This document shows, piece after piece, positions 9,934-19,465 of a stretch of 64,000 nucleotides of DNA. The stretch spans positions 68,801 through 132,800 of the forward strand of contig JBOHUD010000064.1 of the NCBI GenBank assembly GCA_050734155.1, in the 5' to 3' direction. The position numbers were made by a program, and so were the translations under genes. The notes below the pieces were generated by a model. That model saw only the letters and a program-made list of their open reading frames with translations, was not told the DNA's origin and did no database searches. The DNA is from Candidatus Dormibacteria bacterium (GTDB lineage: Bacteria > Chloroflexota > Dormibacteria > Aeolococcales > Aeolococcaceae). Each line of letters starts with the position of its first letter. The stretch's first letter is position 1.

Positions 9934-10141
9934 CGCTGCCAATCCTGCACGGCCGCCATGGTACGGTCCCGACCCGACGCCGCGGAGTGGGCGAGGCACC
10001 TGCCCGCGCTGCCACCGGCCGCCGTGGAATCCGTCCGGTGCAGAATGGGAGGTCGACACGAGCCGGCGCGCCCCGGGCGCACCGTCAACCCCGGCAACGT
10101 GGGAGGAGGTTGAGACGAGCACGCTGTTCGGCAAGGAGCAC

Positions 10142-10525
10142 GTGGACCGCTATGTGGCGACCGAAGGCGAGGAGGGGCACGACTGGGTGAGGGGAGCGCC
10201 GGTGCTCATCCTCACCACCCTGGGGCGTCGATCCGGCAAGGCCACGAGCACGCCGCTGATCTACGGCCGCCGCGGGGGCGATCACCTGGTCGTCGCATCC
10301 CGAGGTGGTGCGCCGGCACCGCCGGCCTGGTACCTGAACCTCGAGGCCAATCCCGAGGTCCATGTGCAGGTCAGGGGCGACCGCTTCGCCGCCCGCGCAC
10401 GCACCGCCGCCGGCGACGAGAAGCACGAGCTGTGGGCGATCATGACCTCGATCTGGCCCGACTACGACGAATACCAGAAGATCACCGAGCGCCAGATCCC
10501 GGTGGTCGTCCTGGAGAGGCTGTGA
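10142..10525 (+). CDS. Ddn-like F420-dependent oxidoreductase (nitroreductase family, deazaflavin-dependent)
   Basis: HVDRYVATEGEEGH...APVLILTTLGRRSGKATSTPLIYGRRGGDHLVVASRGGAP...PAWYLNLEANPEV matches the Ddn/DUF385 family. Confidence 0.8.
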   Translation: MDRYVATEGEEGHDWVRGAPVLILTTLGRRSGKATSTPLIYGRRGGDHLVVASRGGAPAPPAWYLNLEANPEVHVQVRGDRFAARARTAAGDEKHELWAIMTSIWPDYDEYQKITERQIPVVVLERL

Positions 10526-10941
10526 TGTCGGAGGCTCACCGGGAGGCGCTCGACTTCATCCGGCACCACGGCCGGTCTGTCCTGGCCACGCGGCGTCGCG
10601 ACGGCAGCCCGCAGCTCTCCCCGGTGCTGGCCACCGTCGACGCCGAGTCGCGCGTGGTCATCAGCACCCGTGATCGAGCGGTCAAGACGCTCAACCTGCG
10701 TCGCGATCCGCACGCCAGCCTCTGTGTCATGAACGAGGGTTTCTTCGGCGAGTGGCACGCCGTCGACGGCACAGTCGAGATCGTCAGCCTGCCCGAGGCG
10801 ATGGAGCCGCTGGTCGACTACTACCGGCGCGGTGTCGGCGAGCATCCCGATTGGGACGACTACCGCAGGGCGATGGAGCGCGATCGCCGCGTCCTGCTGC
10901 GGCTCACAGTCGAGCACAGCGGGCCGACACAGGAGGGGTGA
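10525..10941 (+). CDS. PPOX-class F420-dependent enzyme
   Basis: ATG overlaps the Ddn stop (TGATG at 10523-10527); pyridoxamine-5'-phosphate-oxidase-like F420 family sequence. Confidence 0.7.
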   Translation: MSEAHREALDFIRHHGRSVLATRRRDGSPQLSPVLATVDAESRVVISTRDRAVKTLNLRRDPHASLCVMNEGFFGEWHAVDGTVEIVSLPEAMEPLVDYYRRGVGEHPDWDDYRRAMERDRRVLLRLTVEHSGPTQEG

Positions 10942-11621
10942 CGTCCGGTGACGGCGTGACCCTCCAGACGATCATCGGGCTGAAGCGGCTGGACCTCGCC
11001 AAGCAGCGGCTCACGCCCCACCTCTCCCCCACCGAGCGCCGCACCCTGATGCTCGGCATGCTGGAGGCGGTGGTCAAAGCCGTGCGCGCGGCGGGCATCG
11101 GCCCGGTGGCGCTGGCCACCTCCGAACCGGCGGCGGCGCTGGGCCTCGATCTCGACGTCACGGTCCTCTCCGACGGCGACCTGCCCTGGAACGACGGCCT
11201 GGTGCACGCCCTCTCGGCGGTGGTGCCGCCTCCGGCGCGCGTTCTCTTCCTGGCCGGCGACATCCCCCTGGTGACCGCGGCCGAGCTGCAGGAATTCGTC
11301 AGCGCCGCGCCGGCGCGTGGCGTGGGCATCGCCCGGGCGCGGGATGCCGGCACCAACGCCCTCCTGGTCACACCGCCCGATGCGCTCCGTCCGCGCTTCG
11401 GCGTGCCGCGCAGCAGTGAGGTGCACGAGGCGGCGGCGCGCGCCGCGTCGCTGCCGCATCGCGTCATCGACATCCCCGGGATCGCCCTCGACGTCGACAC
11501 GCTCGACGATGCCCGGGACGCGGGGTTGCTGGCTCGCGCCCTCAGCGAAACAGGTCGCGTTCGGGGGGGCGGATCATCTGCTGCGCCGAGCCGTCTCCGG
11601 GCGCCGCATAGCCGCGGATGA
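10938..11621 (+). CDS. cofC: 2-phospho-L-lactate guanylyltransferase CofC/FbiD
   Basis: IIGLKRLDLAKQRL...LFLAGDIPLV... CofC-like; GTG overlaps the PPOX stop (GTGA); the 3' end overlaps convergent cofE. Confidence 0.6.
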   Translation: MTSGDGVTLQTIIGLKRLDLAKQRLTPHLSPTERRTLMLGMLEAVVKAVRAAGIGPVALATSEPAAALGLDLDVTVLSDGDLPWNDGLVHALSAVVPPPARVLFLAGDIPLVTAAELQEFVSAAPARGVGIARARDAGTNALLVTPPDALRPRFGVPRSSEVHEAAARAASLPHRVIDIPGIALDVDTLDDARDAGLLARALSETGRVRGGGSSAAPSRLRAPHSRG

Positions 11622-12273
11622 GAACGAACGGCACCCGCTCGAGCTTGCCGAAGGCGAGGTTGGCGGCCGCGGCGAGCTCATCGGCGATGGCGACCACGGT
11701 GCTGGCCAGCTCGTAGCCGTTGGGGTCGACCGCCCCGACCAGCTGGCGAAGCGTCTCCAACCCGCTGGCACCGATGGCGGTGCCGACGATGCCGTCGCGC
11801 CAGGCACGCCCCATGGTGTCGGCGACGATCACGCCGACCCGGGTGCGCGTGCGCAGCTCCAGGGCTTGGCGCAGGCGGCGCGCCGAGGCATCCGGGTCGG
11901 TGGGCAGGAGCACGACGCAGTCGGGTCGAGGGGCGTTCGACCGATCCACGCCGGCGTTGGCGCAGACGAGGCCGTGGTGGGTCTCGACCACGAGCAGCGC
12001 TCCCCGCTGCCTGAGGATGCGACGGCTCTCGCGGAGGATCACCTCCACCAGGCGTGGATCCGAGTGGTCGGCGGCAACCTCGACGGCGCGTGCGGACGGC
12101 TGGACCTCGCCGAGGTCGACGATCCGACCCTCGCTCTTGCCGACCGCCTTGTGGGTCACCACCACGATGTCGCCGTCGCGCAGCGCAGGCGACGCGTCGA
12201 GGACTAGGTCCGCGAGGTCGTCGTCCTCCATGATCTCGCGGCCACAGGGCAGCGGGATGATCGAGATGGTCAT
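11542..12273 (-). CDS. cofE: Coenzyme F420-0:L-glutamate ligase CofE
   Basis: VVTHKAVGKSEGR...LVCANAGVD... CofE family; ATGA overlap with cofD. Confidence 0.8.
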   Translation of the reverse strand: MTISIIPLPCGREIMEDDDLADLVLDASPALRDGDIVVVTHKAVGKSEGRIVDLGEVQPSARAVEVAADHSDPRLVEVILRESRRILRQRGALLVVETHHGLVCANAGVDRSNAPRPDCVVLLPTDPDASARRLRQALELRTRTRVGVIVADTMGRAWRDGIVGTAIGASGLETLRQLVGAVDPNGYELASTVVAIADELAAAANLAFGKLERVPFVLIRGYAAPGDGSAQQMIRPPERDLFR

Positions 12274-13220
12274 GCGCCGACCTGGATCCTGGCGGCCGCC
12301 AGCGTGACCGCGGCCAGGTGGCGGCGTGCCTTGGCGTCGCGCATGATCGTGTCGGTGACCGTCACCGAGAGACCTCTGCTCTCGAGCGCGGCGGCGACGG
12401 CGGCGTCGGCGTCGTCGATGACGATGGCGTCGATGATCCCTGAGTAGAGGTCGGCGACTCCGGCGGGGGATGGATCGTGGCCGAGCGTTCGCATCATGTC
12501 CGCCGCGGGACCTCGCAGAGCCGCGCCGCCGACGATCGGGCTCACCGCCACGCAGGGCACGCGGCGGGCGCAGAGCGCGTCCCTGATGCCCGGCACGGCG
12601 AGGATGGGACCGATGGAAACGAGCGGATTGGAGGGCGCGATGATGATCGCCGCGGCGCGTGCCAGGGAGTCGAGCACGCCCGGCGCCGGTGCCGCCGTGT
12701 CCGATCCCTCACAGCGGATTCCCACGACGTGGTCGCCGTGGCCGTGGCGCACGTAGTAGGTCTGGAAGTCGAGGTCTCCGTCAGGCGTCTCGATGATGGT
12801 GCGCAGGCGATCGTCGGTGACCGGAACGAGAGCGTCGGTCAGGCCGAGGGCGGTGCTGAGCCGCGCCGTCACCTGGCTGAGACTGTCGCCGGAGCGAAGC
12901 CACCCGGTGCGGGCAAGGTGCAGCCCGATGTCGAGGTCGCCGAGCCAGAACCAGGCATCGTGGCCAAGCGCGCGTGCACGTTGCAGAGCGCGCGCCGTGT
13001 CGCCGCGGACGCCCCAGCCCCTCTGCTCGTCGATCTGGTCGGTGAGCGTGTACAGGACGGTGTCGAGGTCTGGTGAGACATGCAGCCCGGCAATCTCGGT
13101 GTCGTCGCCGACATTGCCGATGATGGTCAGGTCGCGCGCTGTCATCGCCGCCGTCACGCCCTGCAGGAAGCGGGCCGCGCCGACACCTCCGGCAAGGACA
13201 ACGATCGGCTGCATGTTCAA
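12270..13220 (-). CDS. cofD: 2-phospho-L-lactate transferase CofD/FbiA
   Basis: VVLAGGVGAARFL...GNVGDD... CofD/UPF0052 signature. Confidence 0.8.
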   Translation of the reverse strand: MNMQPIVVLAGGVGAARFLQGVTAAMTARDLTIIGNVGDDTEIAGLHVSPDLDTVLYTLTDQIDEQRGWGVRGDTARALQRARALGHDAWFWLGDLDIGLHLARTGWLRSGDSLSQVTARLSTALGLTDALVPVTDDRLRTIIETPDGDLDFQTYYVRHGHGDHVVGIRCEGSDTAAPAPGVLDSLARAAAIIIAPSNPLVSIGPILAVPGIRDALCARRVPCVAVSPIVGGAALRGPAADMMRTLGHDPSPAGVADLYSGIIDAIVIDDADAAVAAALESRGLSVTVTDTIMRDAKARRHLAAVTLAAARIQVGA

Positions 13221-13316
13221 AGCACTTCCGTGACACCGGGTGGCCGCGACCTGGGTTTCGTGGACGAACGCCGCCCCGGCGTCTGGTCACCGATGCTACC
13301 CGGTGGGATGGGACTG

Positions 13317-14537
13317 TCAGAGCCGCTTCCGGGCCAACCCCACGGCGTTGGCGAGGGCGGCGCTCCCCACCACGCCGGCGAAGATGGCGACGGCGGTGAA
13401 CAGCGACGATACGGCCGCCACCATCCCGACGCTTATCACGGGAACGGCCACACCCAGGTAGATGCACACGTAGAAGGCCGCGCTGACCTCGCCACGACGG
13501 TCGTCAGGCGCGATGTCGTTGAGGGCGGTCTGCGCGGCGACGAACGCCCAGCCGTGTCCCGCTCCGCCGAACAGAGCGGCCAGCACAAGGATCGGCAGCG
13601 AGCGCAGCGGGAAGGCGGCGACCAGGAGTGCCAGGCCGGCAACCAGAAGCGTCAGCCCTCCCACCTGCGCGGTGTTCGTCGAGCGGGCGCGGCGCACGGT
13701 CAGCTGGGCGATGCATGAGGTGGCGAGCATTGTGGCCGCGATGCTGCCCAGCAGGGCGAGGTTGCGCGACCTGAGCAGTTCGCTGGCATACGTGGGGACC
13801 ACTGCGAAGAACAGCGCGGCGACAGCCCAGACCGCAGCCCCGGTGATCCCAACTCGAGCGAACGGCACACGAATCGGCCCGGGCACGCTGGGCCGCTGCA
13901 CCCTCCAGGCGCGGGCGTGATGGCGAGGACCCTGGGGCTGTACGAGCACCGTGACCGCGGCTGCGGCGGTGAGGGCCAGCATCACCAGGTAGCAGAGTGT
14001 CATCGGAGCCGGCGCAAACTGGCCGAGCAGCCCGGCCAGGAGCGCACCACCGCTGCCGCCGCCGGCCTGGGCAAGGCCTGCGGGTAGCGCAGCCCGCCGG
14101 GGGTCGTGGTCGGGATCGAGCTCCACCAGCGCGGCAGTGGCGGATCCGCTGATCATGCCCACCGCCAATCCCTGGAACCCCCGTGCCACGAACAGCCAGG
14201 CGGTGCTGTCTGCCAACGCGAACAGGAGCAGCCCGACCATCGCCGACCCCAGGCCGGCGGCGATCGTCGACCTGCGTCCGATGCGGTCGGAGAGCTGCCC
14301 AAAGAACAGAAGGGACGGCATCAGGACCAGCGCGTAGGTGGCGAAGATCAGCGTCACCCCCACGCTCGAGAGGTGGAACCGCCGCTCGTAGAGGAGGTAC
14401 AGCGGCGTTGGCAGATTGGCGCCGGCGAGGAGGCTGAGCCAGGCCAGGGTCACGGAGAGGGTGGCCCGCGTGCTCGCCCCGCCGGCTCGCGGGCCACCGG
14501 CTGGTGCGGCCACGGTCGGGCGCTTGGACACAGCCAT
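13317..14537 (-). CDS. MFS transporter
   Basis: 12-TM MFS pattern (GQLSDRIGRR motif); start set at MAVSKRP (14537), because the ORF-track N-terminal extension overlaps marR. Confidence 0.75.
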   Translation of the reverse strand: MAVSKRPTVAAPAGGPRAGGASTRATLSVTLAWLSLLAGANLPTPLYLLYERRFHLSSVGVTLIFATYALVLMPSLLFFGQLSDRIGRRSTIAAGLGSAMVGLLLFALADSTAWLFVARGFQGLAVGMISGSATAALVELDPDHDPRRAALPAGLAQAGGGSGGALLAGLLGQFAPAPMTLCYLVMLALTAAAAVTVLVQPQGPRHHARAWRVQRPSVPGPIRVPFARVGITGAAVWAVAALFFAVVPTYASELLRSRNLALLGSIAATMLATSCIAQLTVRRARSTNTAQVGGLTLLVAGLALLVAAFPLRSLPILVLAALFGGAGHGWAFVAAQTALNDIAPDDRRGEVSAAFYVCIYLGVAVPVISVGMVAAVSSLFTAVAIFAGVVGSAALANAVGLARKRL

Positions 14538-14635
14538 CGGACCCCCGTGTCTGCACGTGCCGTCGCATCCAGCTCGCTGTGCGCTCCATCGTACTGACGC
14601 GTCCCCGGATCCATCCCACCCCCCGGTAGACTTGC

Positions 14636-14648
14636 CTCTGTGACAGAG
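14636..14648. promoter_or_regulatory. Perfect palindrome CTCTGT-G-ACAGAG in the MFS/marR divergent intergenic region (candidate MarR operator)
   Basis: Seen directly in the sequence; sits between the divergent MFS and MarR genes. Confidence 0.3.
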
Positions 14649-15128
14649 CCTTCTCGCCGGGCCACGGTGCCGCGAGCCGGGCCACGCTCTCAGCGTGTCG
14701 ACCTCGGCCAGGTGCTCGCGCGGCTGCGTCGCGCGATCCGCCACGCCGTCCGCGCCAGCCTCTCGTTCGAACCGCTCAGCGACGCTCAACTCGAGCTGAT
14801 GCGGCTGGTCGAGGACGCCCCGGGGATCCGCGTCAACGAAGCGGCGACGGCGCTCGGGCTCGCCCCCAACACGGTCAGCACCCTGGTCTCGCGCCTGGTC
14901 GAGTCGGGACTGATCGAGCGAGCCCCCGATCCGAGTGATGGCCGCGGCGGGCGGCTGGCGCTGACCGCGGCGGCGGAGGCGCGCTTCAAAGCGTGGCGGC
15001 GTCAGCGGGCGCTGATCCTGGAGGGAGCGCTGTCCCGCCTCGACGCTGCCGACGGCTCCGCCATCGAGTCCGCCGTCCCGGCGCTCTGGCGGCTGAGCCG
15101 CATGCTCGAGGACCTCGAGGACCGCTGA
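14640..15128 (+). CDS. MarR-family transcriptional regulator
   Basis: Winged HTH, LSDAQLELMRLV...NEAATALGLAPNTVSTLVSRLVESGLIER; the true start may be GTG 14667. Confidence 0.75.
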   Translation: MTEPSRRATVPRAGPRSQRVDLGQVLARLRRAIRHAVRASLSFEPLSDAQLELMRLVEDAPGIRVNEAATALGLAPNTVSTLVSRLVESGLIERAPDPSDGRGGRLALTAAAEARFKAWRRQRALILEGALSRLDAADGSAIESAVPALWRLSRMLEDLEDR

Positions 15129-15207
15129 CGGCAGCCCTGCCCGGGCGGGCGCCGTCACACGAGGACTTCGCGCGTATTCTTCGGAGCGTTCACGGTGGAG
15201 AACCCGA

Positions 15208-16563
15208 ATGCCCGATCAGCAACTCGCCTCGCGGAGAGGGCGCCTGCTGACGGCGGCCCCGTTGCTCGGAGCTGGGGCTCTGGCCGTCGCTGTGGTGGTG
15301 ATCCTGCAGATTCACGGGCGCGGCTGGCTGGCCTACGACGAGGCGGCTCGAGTCGAGCCCGGCTACCGGCTCTCCCTGCTGCTCCAGGGTGGCCACTGGG
15401 CAAGCGTTTGGGGGTGGCTCAACGATCAGACGTTCTACCCATTTGCGATGCCCGCCATCCACGGGCTGCTCCTCTGGGCGGGGGTGGGCACGATGGCGGC
15501 GGCCTGGCTGCCGTCCCTGGCGGCCTACGCCACCGCCGGCCTGCTCACGGCACGACTGACGCGCGCGCTCGGGGGCGGCTCGTGGGGCGCTCTCGGCGCC
15601 GCGATCCTCTTCTGGACCGTCCCGCTGGAGATGCGCCTCGCCTCCGGCGCATTCACCGAGCCGCTCGGCATCTGCGTCGACCTGGCGCTGGTGCTGGCGC
15701 TGATCCGGCTGCAGCGCAGGCCGGGCGTGCGTGATGTTGCGGTCTGCGGGGCGCTGATCGCCGTCGCCTCCTGGATCAAGTGGGACTACGGAATTGTCGC
15801 GGTGCTCGTGGTCGCCGTCTCAGCCCTGGTGATCCGCGGCGGCCGCCGCCCCACCCTGGTGGCCCTCGGCGCCGGCATCGTGATCGCGGGTGCGCTGCTG
15901 GCGGTGAATGCACCAGCCAAGCTCGCCGGGTTCACCTGGTACACCGGGCAGGCGGCACCGAGCGGTGCTCACCAGGTGAACCTCCTCTACTACCTGCAGC
16001 AGCTTCTCCCCGGTGCCGCCGAGGTGAACGTGTCGCTGGTGGCGACGGCGCTGCTCGTGCTCGGGGCGGCCACCGGCGTCCGAGAATGGCGCCGCCGGCC
16101 GGAGGTGCGCCCGGTGGTGGTCCTGGTCGCCGTTCTCTACGTCCTGTACTCGGTGGCCACGATCAAGCATCCCCGCTACGTCGCGACCATGATTCCCCCG
16201 CTCGCCGTCCTCGCCGGGGTTGGGCTGGGACGTCTGCTGGCCGCGCGATGGGCGTCGCTGGGGAGCCGCCGCGCGCTGGCCGCAGCGGCCGTCAGCGCTG
16301 CCGTGGTGCTCGAGGCAGGCCCCATGGGCGTCCGTCTGCCCTGGCTGGACGCGAACCCGGCGGCGGACGTGGATCGCGGCAGGGCGGTCGACGCGGTGGC
16401 GAACGCGCCCGGCCGGGTGCTGCTGCTCGGCTCGGACAACTGGGTGAGCCCGGATGGTGTCCGCCTGCTCGTGGAGTTGCGGGTGCATCACTCCTGGTGG
16501 CAGATCACCACCCCGCCCGGCCGTCCTGCCGCTCCCTACACGGTGGTGCACGCGCGCGGGTGA
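15208..16563 (+). CDS. GT-C-fold polytopic membrane glycosyltransferase (GT39/PMT-like), paralog 1
   Basis: 10 or more TM helices; AYDEAARVEPGY loop resembles the DE motif of the PMT/ArnT family. Confidence 0.55.
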   Translation: MPDQQLASRRGRLLTAAPLLGAGALAVAVVVILQIHGRGWLAYDEAARVEPGYRLSLLLQGGHWASVWGWLNDQTFYPFAMPAIHGLLLWAGVGTMAAAWLPSLAAYATAGLLTARLTRALGGGSWGALGAAILFWTVPLEMRLASGAFTEPLGICVDLALVLALIRLQRRPGVRDVAVCGALIAVASWIKWDYGIVAVLVVAVSALVIRGGRRPTLVALGAGIVIAGALLAVNAPAKLAGFTWYTGQAAPSGAHQVNLLYYLQQLLPGAAEVNVSLVATALLVLGAATGVREWRRRPEVRPVVVLVAVLYVLYSVATIKHPRYVATMIPPLAVLAGVGLGRLLAARWASLGSRRALAAAAVSAAVVLEAGPMGVRLPWLDANPAADVDRGRAVDAVANAPGRVLLLGSDNWVSPDGVRLLVELRVHHSWWQITTPPGRPAAPYTVVHARG

Positions 16564-16675
16564 GCCGCGCCGTCGCGGAAATGCCGGGCGCGAGAACGAT
16601 GATCGAGCCGACCGGCGGCCCGGCGTCATCAATCGGTAATGATCGGGTGGCGAGCATCGCGGTCGGCAACCCGCA

Positions 16676-18307
16676 TTGAGCTTGCCGGCCACCGTCGAGG
16701 AGAGCATGACCACAGCCGTTGGAACGCAGGCGCCGCGGCCGAGCCGTCGCACCGCCGCGCTCCGATGGTTGCGCCAGCTCGCCCAGCGAGCTCGCTGGAC
16801 CATACCGGCGTTCGCGCTCTTCGCGGTGCTGCGCATCCCCTCGTTCCTCGAGCCCCACTGGTACACCGACGAGGGAGGCGCCGCCGCCGCCGCCAAGGCG
16901 CTCCTCAACGGGCGCGTCCTCTACTCGCAGATCTGGAGCAACAAACCGCCGCTGCACCTCTGGACGGTGGCGGTCGACGTCGGGCTCTTCCGCGGATCGG
17001 AAGCGGGGCTGCACGCCATCACCCTGCTGAGCGGCGCGCTCACCCTGGCAGCGGTTGCGTATGTCGCACGCCCGGTGCTGGGCCGGGGCCGGGCGCTCGC
17101 CGCTCTCCTGGTCGTCGCCGTGCTCCTCGGTGCGCCTCTGTTCGATGCCGAGCTGGCGCTCCCCGAGAGCTTTGTCATCGCCCCCGCCGCGTGGGCGGGC
17201 GCACTGGTGCTGCGACGGGTGGCCGGCGTTGCCGGCGCACCGTCACGGTGGTGGGCGGCGGGGGCCGGCCTGCTCGTGGGCATCGCCATCGCCTACCAGC
17301 AGACGGCGATCGCCGATGCGAGCGCTCTGCTGCTCATCCTGCTGGTCAGCCCGAGGATCAGCGCCCGCGAGCGCCTGCTGTTCACGGCCAGTGCCGCCAC
17401 CGTCACCGCCGCGTGGCTCATCCCCGCGCTGATCACGGCCGGACCCGGCACGGTGGCCTACGCGTTGGTGGGCTTCTACATCCCGTACTCCCGGTCCGTG
17501 CTGCCCGCCAGCCAGAGCGGCCTGCTGCACCTCGCGGTCGGGATCGGGGGATCTGTCGCGCTGCTCTGCGGCGGGGCGATCGCCGCGCGACGGAGCCCGA
17601 CCTTCCTGTGGGCCGCGTGGGTGTGGGCCGGCGCCGACCTGCTCGTGGCCGCGGCAGCGCAGATGCCGTTCGCGCACTTCCTCGCCGTCAGCATCGTCCC
17701 GGTGACGCTGGCGGTGTTCAGCCTGCACCTGCCGGTGCTGCGCACCGGGTCGATGCCGGCGCGCCTCGGCGCCGGGGCGCTGGTCGCAGGTGTGGTGGTC
17801 GCCGGGTCGATCGCGCGCGTCGCCGGCATCGACTGGGTTCCCCAGGCGGCGTCAGGGGGAACCGTCTCGGAGCCACGCGACCTGCTCACCTACTACGGGG
17901 GCGCGTTCCAGGTGCTGACCCGGCAGCGCTCGCTGGCAGACCTGCAGGACACCTTCGACGACCGAGTGGAGGGAGACCGGGCCACGGCGGCCTGGATCAA
18001 GACCCACGGCCTCAGCGGGCACACGGCGGTGGCGTGGTCCTCGGATGCGTGGCTCTACGTCATGGCCGACCTGAAGCTCGGCCTGCCAACTCCGCCGATC
18101 TACAACGACGAGGTGCTCCTCGGCAGCCAGGGCCAGGTCGCCGACGCCGTGGCCGCCCTCGACCCCGACATGATCATCACCAGCGACGACGCGCTCTCCG
18201 GCTTCCCGGAGGTGCAGCCGCTTCTCAACAGCCGCTACCGCGTGGTCGACCGCGAGCAGTGGAACACCGTGTGGCTGCGCGACGACGACAGCCTGGTCAC
18301 ACCGTGA
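16676..18307 (+). CDS. GT-C-fold polytopic membrane glycosyltransferase (GT39/PMT-like), paralog 2
   Basis: HWYTDEGGAAAAAKALLNGRVLY loop resembles the PMT FDEVYYA motif; many TM helices; soluble C-terminal domain. Confidence 0.6.
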   Translation: MSLPATVEESMTTAVGTQAPRPSRRTAALRWLRQLAQRARWTIPAFALFAVLRIPSFLEPHWYTDEGGAAAAAKALLNGRVLYSQIWSNKPPLHLWTVAVDVGLFRGSEAGLHAITLLSGALTLAAVAYVARPVLGRGRALAALLVVAVLLGAPLFDAELALPESFVIAPAAWAGALVLRRVAGVAGAPSRWWAAGAGLLVGIAIAYQQTAIADASALLLILLVSPRISARERLLFTASAATVTAAWLIPALITAGPGTVAYALVGFYIPYSRSVLPASQSGLLHLAVGIGGSVALLCGGAIAARRSPTFLWAAWVWAGADLLVAAAAQMPFAHFLAVSIVPVTLAVFSLHLPVLRTGSMPARLGAGALVAGVVVAGSIARVAGIDWVPQAASGGTVSEPRDLLTYYGGAFQVLTRQRSLADLQDTFDDRVEGDRATAAWIKTHGLSGHTAVAWSSDAWLYVMADLKLGLPTPPIYNDEVLLGSQGQVADAVAALDPDMIITSDDALSGFPEVQPLLNSRYRVVDREQWNTVWLRDDDSLVTP

Positions 18308-18348
18308 GCACGACGCCAGTGTCGTTCAGCGGCGACTGACCGGCCCTG

Positions 18349-19392
18349 TCAGGCAGCGGATGCCGCGGGCCGGTGGACGACCACCTGGAAGATGCCACCC
18401 AGATGGAGGCGGCGGTGGATGGCCGCGTACGCGCCGGCGCCGAGCGACAGCGAGAGCCCGGTCACCAGGGCGCGCTGGATGATGGCGGCTGCCCCCGCGC
18501 TCCCGTAGTCGACGCCGAGGAAGATCAGCAGCGCCGCAACGCTGGCCTCGTTCGCGCCCACCCCACCGGGGATCAGGCTGACCGCCCCACCCACGGTGGC
18601 CAGCGCCAGCACGAACGCCGCCTGCCACCAGCCGATGTGGCCGGGCGCCAAGCCCAGCACGATCAGCCAGAACGCGGTGACCGCCACCACCACCCGGGCA
18701 GCGTCGAGGATCGACAGCACCAGCGCGTCGGGGCGATGGAGCAGTGCCGCCGTCTGCTCCTGCAGCTCGTCGATGGCCGGCAGCAGCCGGTTGAGGACGG
18801 GGATGCGGGCCAGCAGATCGTGCACCCGGCAGAACACCGGCGACACCGTGAGGATGACCACGATGGCGGCAATTCCCACCGCCACCGGCACCACCGCGGC
18901 GAGCCCGTACCCGAGCGCGAGGATCGCCGGCAGCGCGGAGAGGATGAGAAACAGTGTGTAGGAGAGCTCCTGCACGGTGACCGTGGCCGCCACGATGCCG
19001 AAGTCGGTGCCAACGGCGGCACTGGCGAACGCCGCCCGGGTGAGATCCCCCAGTGGCACGATGGCGGTGATGGTCTGACCGGCCAGGTTGACGAGGATGG
19101 TGTCACGCAGGGTCAGATGGGTCCCCACGTCGCGGAGGAGGTAATGCCAGCGCACGCCCTGGAGGATGTAGACGAGGACCGAGAGCAGCATGATCGGGGC
19201 GATCAGTGCCAGCCGGAAGCCCGCCAGCGCATGCCCCACATGCCTGGGATCGAGGAAGAGGAGCACCCCGGCGATCGCCGCCAGCCCGATCACACCGGCG
19301 AGCAGGCGGCGGACCACGGCGGGCACCCCGTGCCCGGCGCGCGGCGCCTGGCCCAGCGGGGCGGACACCGGTGCCCGCGCCCTGTCAACCAT
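18349..19392 (-). CDS. Flippase-like / lysylphosphatidylglycerol-synthase-TM-region family membrane protein
   Basis: 8-TM protein with the UPF0104-like pattern (GVRWHYLL, GGVGANEA) often paired with glycosyltransferases. Confidence 0.6.
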   Translation of the reverse strand: MVDRARAPVSAPLGQAPRAGHGVPAVVRRLLAGVIGLAAIAGVLLFLDPRHVGHALAGFRLALIAPIMLLSVLVYILQGVRWHYLLRDVGTHLTLRDTILVNLAGQTITAIVPLGDLTRAAFASAAVGTDFGIVAATVTVQELSYTLFLILSALPAILALGYGLAAVVPVAVGIAAIVVILTVSPVFCRVHDLLARIPVLNRLLPAIDELQEQTAALLHRPDALVLSILDAARVVVAVTAFWLIVLGLAPGHIGWWQAAFVLALATVGGAVSLIPGGVGANEASVAALLIFLGVDYGSAGAAAIIQRALVTGLSLSLGAGAYAAIHRRLHLGGIFQVVVHRPAASAA

Positions 19393-19465
19393 CGGCGATC
19401 TGCCTCATCGATCCATCCTATGTGGTCGTCAGCCTTCCGTCAGCTTGGGCCCTGCACCATGGTGA

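Noticed and set aside
13317-15158. 613-aa minus ORF (MFS with a 207-aa N-terminal extension)
   Set aside because: The extension overlaps marR on the other strand. The MFS starts at MAVSKRP (14537).
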